Below are positions 9,026 through 18,748 of a stretch of 64,000 bases of DNA, in pieces. The notes below the pieces were generated by a model. It was not told where the DNA came from, did not search any database, and saw nothing but the letters and a program-made list of their open reading frames with translations. Origin of the DNA: a bacterium (lineage in GTDB: Archaea; Thermoplasmatota; E2; JACPAO01; JAHFTW01); NCBI GenBank assembly GCA_040390065.1, contig JAZJZE010000004.1, positions 64,001-128,000 of the forward strand, in the 5' to 3' direction. The translations under genes and the position numbers were made by a program. Each line of letters opens with the position of its first letter. The first letter of the stretch is position 1.

Positions 9026-10351
9026 CTAGGCATCCCAAGCGAGCGGCCGGTGCAGGTGGCGACGCGCCATCACCGGAACTTCATGCCAGCCCAGGGCAAC
9101 CGAGCGCGGCTCCGGCGCCATGCCAGCGGCATCCGGCGGGGCCTTGGTCTTGCAGGTCCGGCACCGGTAGCCTTGGGCGACGCCAGCGCTCTTCATGGAT
9201 CGGCCACACGACGGGCAGGTCGGGTTGTCCAGTTTCAGCAGCTGCGGTTCCACATGGTCGATTCGCAGCTTCTCCAACCGCGCGACGCCATCCCCGAAGG
9301 CGCCCACGGCACGCACGCGGTCACCGGGGCGAAGTCCTCGCACCACGTCGCGCAGCGCTTTCGTCGGCTCGAAGGCCACGGCGGCAAACGCGCGCCCCGA
9401 AACGTCGACGAGCTGGACGTGTACGTGGCCGCCCCGCTGCACACTTGGCGTGGCGGCGACGGCCGCGTCAATGGCGACGGTTGCCCATTCAGGCGCCTCG
9501 CCAATGCCATTGATGGCGGTCACGTGGTCGCCGCTTGCCTGGTTCGTGGCCCATAGCAGCCACCCGTCGACGGGTTCGGCCGCGGCCGCCGGGACGACGC
9601 GGCCGGCTGTTGCCAAGAGCTCTTCGCTGTCACGTCCCCGCAGACCCAGGAGCACGGGATCGGGGCCATGCGGAACGCACGTGACGCGGTCTTCCGACGG
9701 GTCGGCCGTGTGGAACGTGGCCCCGAGGGCGTCGATGGCCAGCAGCGGGTCGGGCCGGATGGCGCGCTCTGTCCCCCAGCGTTGCGGCTCGCGGTACGCG
9801 ATGAATTCGTAGCTCGAGGCAGGACCCGGCCACGCCGCGGCCGCAAGGCAGCCGACCAAGGAACGTCCAGTCGTCGTCCGGTAGATGCCGCCAAGGGCCT
9901 GGATGCCCGCCCGCGCATCGTCCGGGTCCACGCGCGTGCGAACGCCTTGCCAGTACATGGTCGCGGGCGGGGCGTCCGCGAAGGCCACGATGGATGGCTG
10001 CGCGTCCGCCTGGGCGGCGCTGCGCACGGCTTTCCATGCGCGGTCGACGATATCGTCGGAGGGCGCGGCGGGGCGGCAATCGGGGAACGCCCGGATCTCC
10101 TGGCCACGCAGTTCGCCGACTCGCGTCGCAGGACCGACCGGGTGGCCGAGGGGCATCACGACGGCGGCATTGCCCCGCGTCTTCCACGGCACGTTGGGAT
10201 TGAGCCGCACGAGGCGGGGCATGCCCGACAGGGCGAGTTCAGGCAGGGCCAGAAGCACGTGGAAGGCGAGGTGCGTGGTGCAACCGCCGGTGCGGCTGTC
10301 CGTGTCGTCGAAGGCGAGAAGCGTGGGCGTGGGCAGCGCCGGCCCCGCCAT
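9026..10351 (-). CDS. tiaS: tRNA(Ile2) 2-agmatinylcytidine synthetase
   Basis: FDDTDS..GGCTT, LVRLNPNVPWKTRGN, TNQASGDH, OB fold, zinc ribbon CPSCG..MKSAG, RRHLHRP. Confidence 0.95.
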   Translation of the reverse strand: MAGPALPTPTLLAFDDTDSRTGGCTTHLAFHVLLALPELALSGMPRLVRLNPNVPWKTRGNAAVVMPLGHPVGPATRVGELRGQEIRAFPDCRPAAPSDDIVDRAWKAVRSAAQADAQPSIVAFADAPPATMYWQGVRTRVDPDDARAGIQALGGIYRTTTGRSLVGCLAAAAWPGPASSYEFIAYREPQRWGTERAIRPDPLLAIDALGATFHTADPSEDRVTCVPHGPDPVLLGLRGRDSEELLATAGRVVPAAAAEPVDGWLLWATNQASGDHVTAINGIGEAPEWATVAIDAAVAATPSVQRGGHVHVQLVDVSGRAFAAVAFEPTKALRDVVRGLRPGDRVRAVGAFGDGVARLEKLRIDHVEPQLLKLDNPTCPSCGRSMKSAGVAQGYRCRTCKTKAPPDAAGMAPEPRSVALGWHEVPVMARRHLHRPLAWDA

Positions 10352-10399
10352 CACGCTTTGCCCGCAAACGCCTTCAAGCGCAGCCGCCGTGGCAGCGCG

Positions 10400-11332
10400 A
10401 TGGTAGCCGTCCTGGAGACGCGTGGGCTTCGCAAGCACTACGGTGACGTGCGGGCGCTCGATGGAATCGATCTCAGGGTGGAGCCAGGGGAGATTTTCGG
10501 CTTCCTCGGCCCGAACGGCGCAGGCAAGACGACGTTCACCAAGTGCGTGACCGGCTTCGTCCGGCCGACGGCGGGTACGGTGACGGTGGCCGGCATCGAT
10601 GCGCTCCAGCACCCGACGCAGGTTGCCCACCACGTCGGCCTCGTCCCCGACCAATATGACTTCTACTCCAATCTCACGGGGCGCCAGCACCTCGACTTCT
10701 ACGGCCGGTTGCTTGGCATGCACGCCGAGGTCCGCAAGGCCCGCATCGACGAGGTCCTCGGTCTCGTGCGCATGGTGGAGCGCGCCGACACGCGCGTCAA
10801 GACGTACAGCCACGGCATGAAGCAACGCATCTGCATCGCGCAGGCCATCTTGCACAAGCCGCGCCTCATCCTGTTCGACGAGCCCACGAACGGCCTCGAC
10901 CCGAAGGGAGCGTACGAGCTTCGCGAACTCATCAAGTCGCTGGCGAAGGATGGGACAACGGTGTTCCTCAACAGCCACCAGTTGTCGGAAGTCGAGCAGG
11001 TCTGCAACCGCGTCGCCATCCTGCGCCGCGGCCAACTGGTGACCGTCTCGACCGTCAACGAACTGCGGCGGCAGGCCGGCAAGACCGGCGGCGCCGTCCA
11101 AGTGCGCTTGCTCAATCCGGCCAACAAGTTCGTCACGCTGGTCGGCCGTTTCGCCACCGGCACTCCATCCCTCAACGGCGACGTGCTGCAATTCGTCGCG
11201 GATGACGAAGCGACGGCGGCCGCCGTGGCCGCGTTGGCCGCGGCTGGAGCCAAGATCGCCGCCGTGACGCCCACCAGTTCGGCGCTCGAGGCGGCTTTCC
11301 TGGAGATCACCGACCGGGAGGGAAGCCTGTGA
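10400..11332 (+). CDS. ABC transporter ATP-binding protein (ABC-2 type)
   Basis: GPNGAGKTT, YSHGMKQR, LFDEPT. Confidence 0.95.
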   Translation: MVAVLETRGLRKHYGDVRALDGIDLRVEPGEIFGFLGPNGAGKTTFTKCVTGFVRPTAGTVTVAGIDALQHPTQVAHHVGLVPDQYDFYSNLTGRQHLDFYGRLLGMHAEVRKARIDEVLGLVRMVERADTRVKTYSHGMKQRICIAQAILHKPRLILFDEPTNGLDPKGAYELRELIKSLAKDGTTVFLNSHQLSEVEQVCNRVAILRRGQLVTVSTVNELRRQAGKTGGAVQVRLLNPANKFVTLVGRFATGTPSLNGDVLQFVADDEATAAAVAALAAAGAKIAAVTPTSSALEAAFLEITDREGSL

Positions 11333-12183
11333 GCAACGTCTACGAGATCGCCCGCAAGGAATTCCTGCAGCACATCCGGACGAAGCGGCTGTTCATCGTG
11401 GGCGGATTCCTGGTCCTCCTGCTGTTCTTCTTCACGTTCGTCGTCGGGCCGCGCATCGCCCGGGGCGCGCCGGGGGGAACGTCGGCTGCGAACTGGGTCA
11501 TCGCGCTGTACTTCTCGGGCATCCTCATCGGGGGCCTGCAGTTCACGCAACTGCTCGCCATCGTCCTCACGAGCGATGCCGTCTGCTCGGAGTGGTCGCA
11601 GCGGACGATCTTCCTGCTGCTCTCCAAGCCGGTGAGCCGGCTGCAGTTCGTCGCCGGCAAGTTCCTGGGCAACCTGTTTACGGTCGGCGCTTCCCTGGTG
11701 GTGGTCTTCACCCTGGCGTATCTCCTCATGATGGCGGAGTTCTCCAGCGCGCCGTCCGGTCCGGAGGTGCTCGGCTTCATCGCCATGCTCGGCATCATCG
11801 TGATCGGCTGCGCCACCTTTGCGGCCCTCGGATTGTTTGCCTCGACGCTGACCAAGTCGACGAGCGTCAGCGCCATGGTGACGTTGGGCTTGTGGCTGAT
11901 CGGCTTCCCGCTGCTTGGGTCCATTGGCGTCTTCAACGCCATCTCCGGCGGCCACCTCGACTTCCACAGCGCCGGCGTGCAGTTCTGGCTGTACCTCAAC
12001 CCGGCAGCCGACATGTCGGCGGGCGTCAAGCTGCTCCTGCCGAACGTTGGCGAGACGCCCTTGGGCAATCCATTGGCGCCGCCGCCCGACGAGCCATGGA
12101 TCGCCGTCCTGGCCCTGTTGGCGTATGCGGCGCTGTTCTACTTCGCCTCCGTCGCCGTCGTTCGCCGTCGCAACTTCGAGTGA
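11329..12183 (+). CDS. ABC-2 type permease
   Basis: IARKEF start, E...TI.LLLSKPVSR...GK, 6 TM segments. Confidence 0.9.
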   Translation: MSNVYEIARKEFLQHIRTKRLFIVGGFLVLLLFFFTFVVGPRIARGAPGGTSAANWVIALYFSGILIGGLQFTQLLAIVLTSDAVCSEWSQRTIFLLLSKPVSRLQFVAGKFLGNLFTVGASLVVVFTLAYLLMMAEFSSAPSGPEVLGFIAMLGIIVIGCATFAALGLFASTLTKSTSVSAMVTLGLWLIGFPLLGSIGVFNAISGGHLDFHSAGVQFWLYLNPAADMSAGVKLLLPNVGETPLGNPLAPPPDEPWIAVLALLAYAALFYFASVAVVRRRNFE

Positions 12184-12185
12184 CG

Positions 12186-13160
12186 CTAGGCGGCTGCAAG
12201 GGCTGCTGCGACGACCTCGCGCAAGGCTTCGAGGTCGTTGGCTTCCTGGGCCTTGACACGCATTCGTTTGGCTCCCGGCGCGCCCGCAACGAACCGCGTC
12301 GCCTGGCGGCGCAATTCGCCGATGTTCGTCATGCCGATGCGTTCGGCGCGTTCGAGATACGCCATGATTGTCCCGAGCCGTTCGTGCAAAGTGGGCTCGG
12401 CGACCGATGTGGCGTGCGAGTCCAGGGCCGCACGCATGCGGCGGAAGACCGTCGGGTCGTGCATGGCGGCGCGGGCGATGAAGAAGCCGGCGCAGCCGGT
12501 CTCGTCCCGCATGCGCACGACGTCGGCGGGCGTTCGCAGGTCGCCGTTGCCGATGACCGGAATGTCTACGGCCGCCACCAGGCGCTGGATGTGGGTCCAG
12601 TCCGCGTGGCCCGAGTAGCCTTGCTCGACGGTGCGCGCATGCAGTGTGACCCAGTCCGCGCCGGCGTCTTGGGCCTCCCGTCCGACCTCCACGTACGTAT
12701 GCCGTGACGCCGAGGGTCCAAGGCGCATCTTCGCGGAGACGTGAGCAATCCCGGCCTCGTCGGCAGCCTTTCGGGCGGCACGGATGACGGCGCCCGCCTT
12801 CGTGGGGTCGCGAAGCAGGAAGCCTCCGGCGCAGACCTTGAGGATATTCGGGGCGGGGCAGCCGAGGTTGACGTCGACGAAGTCAGGCGTCACGCGCGTC
12901 GCGAGCTTCGCAACCGCCGCCGACATCTCGTCGGCTTCGCCGCACATGAACTGGACGCCGTAGGGGGACTCGCCGGGCCACGGGGTCACGTGCCGCCATG
13001 CAGAGCGGTTGTCGTGCAGAAGGCCGATCGCGGCGACCATCTCACTGCATGTCACGTCGGCGCCCCACTCGGCCGCAAGGCTTCGGAAGGCGGCGTCGGT
13101 GACGTCGACCATCGGCGACAGGACCAGGGGCAAATGCAGGTCACGGCCCGCGATGCGCAC
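12186..13160 (-). CDS. dus: tRNA-dihydrouridine synthase family protein
   Basis: LSPMVDVTD, DVNLGCP, VSAKMRLG, TLHART, IGNGD. Confidence 0.93.
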   Translation of the reverse strand: MRIAGRDLHLPLVLSPMVDVTDAAFRSLAAEWGADVTCSEMVAAIGLLHDNRSAWRHVTPWPGESPYGVQFMCGEADEMSAAVAKLATRVTPDFVDVNLGCPAPNILKVCAGGFLLRDPTKAGAVIRAARKAADEAGIAHVSAKMRLGPSASRHTYVEVGREAQDAGADWVTLHARTVEQGYSGHADWTHIQRLVAAVDIPVIGNGDLRTPADVVRMRDETGCAGFFIARAAMHDPTVFRRMRAALDSHATSVAEPTLHERLGTIMAYLERAERIGMTNIGELRRQATRFVAGAPGAKRMRVKAQEANDLEALREVVAAALAAA

Positions 13161-13202
13161 GGGGCCAGCCAGGACGGCCGCCCTTCTTGGCCTTACGCGC
13201 GG

Positions 13203-13562
13203 CTACGCGTCGTGCTTCGTCGCCCAGTCGTCCAGGCGGTCGATGAGGGGGACCAGTTCCTTGCCCTTCGCGGTGAGGCTGTACTCGACGCGGGGAGGTG
13301 TCTGGTTGTAGGCCTTGCGCAAGATGACGCCGGCTGCGTCCAGTTCGCCGAGGCGCTGGGTGAGGCTGACGGGGTTCACGGCAAGCGCGCGGCGGATGTC
13401 GTTGAAGCGCGCCGTGCCTTCGCGCTGCAGGTACCAGATGATGGTGAGGGCGTGCCGCTTGGACAGGAGGTCGATGGCCGATTGGAAGGGGCAGCAGCTG
13501 TGCACCTCGGACGCCGTCGGCGGGACGAGGCGCTGGGTGGCTGGCCGCGGTTTCCTGGGCAA
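13203..13562 (-). CDS. HxlR-family winged-HTH regulator
   Basis: CPFQ..IDLL, RFNDI, PPRVEYSLT.KG. Confidence 0.92.
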   Translation of the reverse strand: MPRKPRPATQRLVPPTASEVHSCCPFQSAIDLLSKRHALTIIWYLQREGTARFNDIRRALAVNPVSLTQRLGELDAAGVILRKAYNQTPPRVEYSLTAKGKELVPLIDRLDDWATKHDA

Positions 13563-13641
13563 GGCAAACTGGTATAGTCAGTTAATCGGTATAAACTTTA
13601 CACCCTTAATAGTCCAGAATCTTAACCATGCTTGAGTCCAC

Positions 13642-13890
13642 ATGACCCGCTTCGTCCCCCACACCGACCGCTCGCCCCTTCGCGTCCTGAAATCCGAGAC
13701 GCCGGGGGACGCCCTGTACCTCTGTCGGTGCGGCCTGTCCGGAAGCGGCGTCTTCTGCGATGGCAGCCACAAGGCGACCCTGGACGAGCAGCCGGGAACC
13801 GTGTACCATTACCAACGGGTGGACGGCAATCTCGTCCGCATCGCCGTCCCCGTCGCGCCGGTCGCGGCGCCGATCGAGGTGAAGCCTTGA
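13642..13890 (+). CDS. CDGSH iron-sulfur domain protein
   Basis: LCRCGLS...FCDGSH. Confidence 0.93.
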   Translation: MTRFVPHTDRSPLRVLKSETPGDALYLCRCGLSGSGVFCDGSHKATLDEQPGTVYHYQRVDGNLVRIAVPVAPVAAPIEVKP

Positions 13891-14165
13891 GCGACTGCCA
13901 CGACCTTGTGCGCGCCTACCACGTGCCGCCCTCCGTGCAGGAGGTCTTCTGCACGCTGTACCAGCATGACCCGATGACGGGGCAGCAACTGCGGCAGACC
14001 ACGGGCCTTCCGCGACGCACCGTGTACGAGGCACTTCGCCGCCTCAAGCAGATCGGCCTCTTGCGCGAACGCGCAAGCCTCAAGGACACACGGCAGACCT
14101 ACTTCTGGATCGCGGGCGAATCCCTCTCGCGCAACTCGGAAGAGCCCGTCTCCGCGGCCAACTAA
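13887..14165 (+). CDS. Small winged-HTH protein (TrmB/MarR-like)
   Basis: LPRRTVYEALRRLKQIGLL...DTRQTYF; TTG start overlapping upstream stop. Confidence 0.75.
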   Translation: MSDCHDLVRAYHVPPSVQEVFCTLYQHDPMTGQQLRQTTGLPRRTVYEALRRLKQIGLLRERASLKDTRQTYFWIAGESLSRNSEEPVSAAN

Positions 14166-15034
14166 GGCGCGTCCCAATGCACCGAGCGGCGCCAGTCGAT
14201 GCCGACCGTTCGGGCGCCGATCTTGGGAATCAGTGGTAGCCGCCGTTTGTGCTCCGTCCGGCGCACCATGCGCTCGACCTTCTCGACCGTCCCGGTCGAC
14301 AGCCCGGTCTTGCGGGCGATGACCGGGAGGTCCAAGTTGAGCTCCATGCCACGAAGCACCGCGTCTAGGTCCTCGTAGGACAGGCCCATGTCCCCTTCGT
14401 CCGTCTGGCCAGGATACAATCCGGCGCTCGGCGGCTTGGCGACGATGGCATCGGGGACACCGAGGTGGCGCGCAAGGACGCGGACCTGCGTCTTGTAGAG
14501 GTCGCCGATGGGCTGCAAGTCGACGCCGCCGTCGCCGTGCTTCGTGAAGTAGCCAGTCAGAATCTCCGACTTGTTGCCAGTGCCGCACACGAGGTCACCA
14601 CGCGCCTGCGCCTCCGCGTACAGCAGGAGCATCCGGGCCCGGGCCTTGGCGTTGCCACGGATGCGCGCCTCCGGCTCCTTCCCCAATGATGCCACGAGGC
14701 CGTCCACGATGGGCCCGATGTCGTGCAGGACCGGTTCGATGCCGAAGGTCCTGCAGGCGAGACGGGCATGCTCGGCGTCTTGGGCATGCGAGTCGGGCGC
14801 CGGCAGCATGATGGCGTGCACGTTGGCCTTTCCGACCGCGCGCACGGCCAAGGCCACGACGACCGCCGAATCGAGGCCTCCGGAGACGCCGACGACGAGG
14901 CCTTTGGCGCCTGCGGCGGCCACGTGGCGGCGCAGGAAGGCCGTGATGCTGGCCTCCCAGCCTTTGGCGTCGTCCGGGGCGGCATGGCCCAACAGGGCGG
15001 GCGGGACGGCCACGAAGCGGCCAAGTAGGGCCAT
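14162..15034 (-). CDS. nadE: NAD+ synthetase (ammonia-dependent type)
   Basis: GVSGGLDS, GNAKARARM, GTGNKSE..GYFTKHGDGG, DLYKTQV, KPPSAGL; start uncertain (15034 or GTG ~15013). Confidence 0.95.
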   Translation of the reverse strand: MALLGRFVAVPPALLGHAAPDDAKGWEASITAFLRRHVAAAGAKGLVVGVSGGLDSAVVVALAVRAVGKANVHAIMLPAPDSHAQDAEHARLACRTFGIEPVLHDIGPIVDGLVASLGKEPEARIRGNAKARARMLLLYAEAQARGDLVCGTGNKSEILTGYFTKHGDGGVDLQPIGDLYKTQVRVLARHLGVPDAIVAKPPSAGLYPGQTDEGDMGLSYEDLDAVLRGMELNLDLPVIARKTGLSTGTVEKVERMVRRTEHKRRLPLIPKIGARTVGIDWRRSVHWDAP

Positions 15035-15049
15035 CACTTGAAGCCGTGC

Positions 15050-15856
15050 GTGGGAGCGACGCGCACCTTCAAGGCGGCCCTGCATGCCGCGTCGCCGCGC
15101 CTGGGCGATGTCGCTGGAAACGTCGAGACCGTGGCCAAGGCCGTCGTGCAAGACGGTGCCCAGTTGGTGGCGTTCCCGGAGATGTTCCTGACCGGCTACG
15201 CCATCGGCGACGATGCCCAGCGTCTGGCATTGCGGCTCGATGATGAGCGGCTCGAGCCGATTCTGAAAGCCTGCCGGAAGGCGAAGGCCCATTGCGTCGT
15301 CGGTGGCCCGCGCACGCCGCGGCCCGGTCTGACGCACAACTCGGCCTTCCTCATCACACCGGGCGGCGAGGTCACCGCGTACGACAAGCGCGCGCTGGCC
15401 ACGTTCACGACGTTCCAGGAAGGCTTGCACTTCCAGCCCGGGCGCACGTCGCCGGTCTGGCAGACGGAGCTCGGCGCCATCGGCATCGGCATCTGCTATG
15501 ACTTGTTCTTCCCGGAATTCTCGCGTCGGCAGGCGCTTGCCGGCGCAGACATCCTTCTGAACATAAGCGCAAGCCCGACCACGAGCCAGCGCTTCTTCGA
15601 AGCCATCCTGCCGGTGCGCGCGATCGAGAACGCGTGCTTCTCCCTGTACAGCAACGTCGTCGGCCCGCAAGATGGGGTCGTCTTCTGGGGTGGCGCCCAA
15701 GCCCACGGCCCCCGCGGCACAATGCTTGCCCGGTCCGAGCCCCTTCAGGAAGGCGTGGCGCACGCCGTGATTGACCTGGACGACCTGGCCCCGGCCCGCG
15801 AATTCCGGCCGACGCTGCGGGACGCACGCCTCGAGGACATCGCGGACCTGCCGTAG
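15050..15856 (+). CDS. Carbon-nitrogen hydrolase (nitrilase superfamily)
   Basis: Glu-Lys-Cys triad: FPEM, YDK, GICYD; RAIEN. Confidence 0.92.
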   Translation: MGATRTFKAALHAASPRLGDVAGNVETVAKAVVQDGAQLVAFPEMFLTGYAIGDDAQRLALRLDDERLEPILKACRKAKAHCVVGGPRTPRPGLTHNSAFLITPGGEVTAYDKRALATFTTFQEGLHFQPGRTSPVWQTELGAIGIGICYDLFFPEFSRRQALAGADILLNISASPTTSQRFFEAILPVRAIENACFSLYSNVVGPQDGVVFWGGAQAHGPRGTMLARSEPLQEGVAHAVIDLDDLAPAREFRPTLRDARLEDIADLP

Positions 15857-16576
15857 ATGCGCGTCATTGCATTGCTCTCCGGGGGAAAGGATTCCGTCTG
15901 CGCGGTTGAGACAGCGCGTGGCTTCGGCTGGGACGTCGTGGCGGGTCTCACGATGGTACCCGTCTCGGACGATGCGTGGATGTTCCACACGCCGAACCTA
16001 CACGTGGTGCGCGGTGTTGCCCAATGTCTTGGCCTCCCGCTCGTCGAATGCCCCGTCGCGGAAGGCCCTGACGAGGAGGTGCGCGGACTCGAACAGGCCC
16101 TGGCCAGTGCCAAGCGGTCCTTCAACCTCGACGGCCTCGTGTCGGGGGCACTTGCATCCGAGTACCAACGCACGCGGTTGGATGCCATTGGCCATCGTAT
16201 CGGCCTGGCGTCGTTCGCACCGCTCTGGCACAAGGCGCCCCTCCCCTACGTCGAGGGCTTGATCGCGGCAGGATACGACATGCGCTTCAGTCGTGTCGCC
16301 GCCGACGGCGTGCCCAACGAGTGGGCCGGGCAACGACTCGATGCCGGCAAGCTTCGCGCTCTCGCGGCGAGCCCCGGCAGGCCGCACGTGGCCGGCGAGG
16401 GCGGTGAATACGAGACGCTCGTCATGGACGCCCCATGCTATGCCCGTCGCCTCGTGGTAGACGCAGCCACGGTCGAGGCGGCGGCAAGTCGCGCGACCTG
16501 GCTTGTCACGTCGTGGCACACCGAAGCGAAGGGCGGGCAGGCGGGACCGGCGCGTCAGCCGGCCAAGGCCGTCTGA
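15857..16576 (+). CDS. dph6: Diphthine--ammonia ligase
   Basis: LSGGKDS, GALASEYQ, PLWH, GEGGEYET. Confidence 0.92.
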   Translation: MRVIALLSGGKDSVCAVETARGFGWDVVAGLTMVPVSDDAWMFHTPNLHVVRGVAQCLGLPLVECPVAEGPDEEVRGLEQALASAKRSFNLDGLVSGALASEYQRTRLDAIGHRIGLASFAPLWHKAPLPYVEGLIAAGYDMRFSRVAADGVPNEWAGQRLDAGKLRALAASPGRPHVAGEGGEYETLVMDAPCYARRLVVDAATVEAAASRATWLVTSWHTEAKGGQAGPARQPAKAV

Positions 16577-16968
16577 ACGAGGCCGATCAGGGCTTCTGGT
16601 TCGAAGGGCTTCTGGACGATTCGTTCGTGCGATGCGCTGGCGCCCAATTCGCGCACAAGTTCGCGGTCGAACGCCGTGACGATGATGTGCGGAATGCCCG
16701 GGTTCTGTTGGCTGACACGCTGCAGGAACTCGACGCCGTTCATGCCAGGCATGCGGTAGTCGGTGAGGATGAGGTCGATGGCCTGGTTCTGCAGAACCTT
16801 CAGGCCTTGAGGGCCGGACGCGGCGCTGTACACGTGCGCCTTGTCGACGAACGTCTCCAAAAGCGACTGGATGGCCTCGCAGATGTCCGGCTCGTCGTCC
16901 ACGACCAAGATGCTGCGCGCGCCACCCCTGCCCGCTGCCATGGCCTGGAGGAGGAGGTGCAAGGACAT
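16555..16968 (-). CDS. Stand-alone response regulator receiver
   Basis: ILVVDDE, D.RMPGMNG, TA, KP. Confidence 0.9.
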   Translation of the reverse strand: MSLHLLLQAMAAGRGGARSILVVDDEPDICEAIQSLLETFVDKAHVYSAASGPQGLKVLQNQAIDLILTDYRMPGMNGVEFLQRVSQQNPGIPHIIVTAFDRELVRELGASASHERIVQKPFEPEALIGLVQTALAG

Positions 16969-16998
16969 ACGGCTCAGAGTGTCACCCCGGGTCCTGGT

Positions 16999-17430
16999 CT
17001 AAAGCGTTGAGGGTCGGGCCGTTGTAGCCACATCGCGGAGGACAACGCCGGAGAGCGCCTCCTCGACGTCGCGCAGCAAGCCCTCCGGACCGAACGGTTT
17101 TTGCAAAAGCAGCGTGCCAGGCAGGACGTCCGCCAATTCCGCCATCGCTTCGTCGAAGAAAGCGGTGACCATGATGTGCTGCACGCCCGGCCATCGCCGT
17201 TGCGCCACGGCGAGGAACTGCACGCCATTCATGCCTTGCATGCGGAAATCCGTGACGATCAAGTCCACGTGCGCCGTGTTCATGAGCGCCAGCGCCTCAG
17301 GCCCCGAGGCGGCCAAGAGGACCCGGATGTCCGCCATCTCCTCGGCCAGGAGTCCGCCAATCGCTTCCCGTACGTCCTCGTCGTCGTCCACGACCAGGAT
17401 CGTGCGACGTTTTCGGTGGCTTCGACTCAT
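16999..17430 (-). CDS. Stand-alone response regulator receiver
   Basis: ILVVDDD, DFRMQGMNG, TA, KPF. Confidence 0.9.
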   Translation of the reverse strand: MSRSHRKRRTILVVDDDEDVREAIGGLLAEEMADIRVLLAASGPEALALMNTAHVDLIVTDFRMQGMNGVQFLAVAQRRWPGVQHIMVTAFFDEAMAELADVLPGTLLLQKPFGPEGLLRDVEEALSGVVLRDVATTARPSTL

Positions 17431-17570
17431 CTCATGCCCTGCCTGCTTGCAGGATTAGAAGCCAGGGTCCACTAAAGGCTTCAGGAAGTGCCATTGCTTG
17501 CCGCGACCGAAGATTGGCGATGCGGCCACCTTGGCCCTTAAGATGGGCAGGCCCTCATGGCCGAAGGACA

Positions 17571-17807
17571 ATGGTGGCCCCTACCCTGTACCAGTTCGCC
17601 GAGTGCCACGAGTGCGGCGCCGTCCGCCGCCTGCTGCGCCAGTACGGCGTCGCCTTCGAAGCAGTGACCTTGCCGGCGGGCGACAAGTCGCTGGTGCGGG
17701 CCAAGTTTGCCAGCCAATCCGTACCGGTCCTGGTGCACGGCCCCTTCCGCAGCAACGACCTTGGCGAAATCCTGCGCCACGTCGAGGCCACGTACGGCGC
17801 CCGTTAG
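17571..17807 (+). CDS. Glutaredoxin / GST N-terminal-like protein
   Basis: LYQFAECHEC CxxC, VPVL. Confidence 0.8.
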   Translation: MVAPTLYQFAECHECGAVRRLLRQYGVAFEAVTLPAGDKSLVRAKFASQSVPVLVHGPFRSNDLGEILRHVEATYGAR

Positions 17808-18748
17808 GCCGGTCGCAGGACGACGCGGTCCACCATCAAGGCGATGAGCAGGACACCCAAGTACTGGATCGTGAAGAAGAAGAAGCTGCGGTACGCTTGT
17901 GGCGTGTGCCGCCGCAGCATCTTGACGGAGCGCAGGACGAGGACCGCGCCCAGGATGACGGCAACACCGAGGTAGAGCCAGCCGGCGGCGCGCAGGCCCG
18001 GCCCCCCTACGCCGGGGACGGCCAGGACGAGGGACCCGAGAAGTGTCAATGCGCTGTAGACGACGATCTGTCGGCGGGTCGAGGGTTCGCCGCGCACGTT
18101 TGGCATCATCGGGTAATCGGCGGCCCCGTAGTCGTCCTTGTACAGCAGGGCAAGCGCCCAGAAGTGGGCGGGTGTCCAAAGGAAGACGAGCAGGGCCAGC
18201 ACCAGGGCCGGCGCCACGGCGGGCCACGCGAGGCTGTTGGTCGCCGCGGTCCAGCCAATCACGGCCGGGAACGAACCGGCCAGGCCACCAATCACGATGT
18301 TCTGTGGTGTCGTCGGCTTCAGGAGGACCGTGTAGATGACGACGTAGTAGGCGATGGCACCCACCGTGAATGCCGCGGCGAGCCAGAGCTGCAGGACCGC
18401 AAGGCAGGCAAACGACAACGCGGCCATGACGGCGGCGTACGTGACGGCATGGCGCACCGACAGCCGGCCGGACGCCACGGGGCGCGTGCTCGTGCGCTTC
18501 ATGCGCGCATCGCGGTGGCGCTCCACGACGTTGTTGAGGGCCCCCGACGAGGCGACGCTGAAGGTGCCGGCGAGGGTCACGGCGACAAACGGCTTCCAGG
18601 CGGGCCAGCCTGCGTACGCAACGAACATTGCGGCCCACGCGACGATGAGGAGGAGGAGCAGGATGCGGGGCTTCGAAATCTGGACATAATCCGCGACGAC
18701 GGAACGCATGGCCCGCGCTGGCGCCGCGACGGGTCCCTCAACGCCCAT
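17804..18748 (-). CDS. ctaB: Protoheme IX farnesyltransferase (heme O synthase)
   Basis: KPRI, N...ER..DA.M.RT..RP, NIVIGG..G, WTPAHFW.LA, DY. Confidence 0.95.
   Translation of the reverse strand: MGVEGPVAAPARAMRSVVADYVQISKPRILLLLLIVAWAAMFVAYAGWPAWKPFVAVTLAGTFSVASSGALNNVVERHRDARMKRTSTRPVASGRLSVRHAVTYAAVMAALSFACLAVLQLWLAAAFTVGAIAYYVVIYTVLLKPTTPQNIVIGGLAGSFPAVIGWTAATNSLAWPAVAPALVLALLVFLWTPAHFWALALLYKDDYGAADYPMMPNVRGEPSTRRQIVVYSALTLLGSLVLAVPGVGGPGLRAAGWLYLGVAVILGAVLVLRSVKMLRRHTPQAYRSFFFFTIQYLGVLLIALMVDRVVLRPA

Noticed and set aside
9026-11191. 721-aa TiaS, 608-aa NadE and 358-aa FMN reductase as fusion proteins
   Set aside because: The N-terminal extensions are antisense to neighbouring real genes.
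16555-17430. Tandem receiver domains without a kinase
   Set aside because: Stand-alone receivers are common in archaea and the kinase may lie elsewhere.
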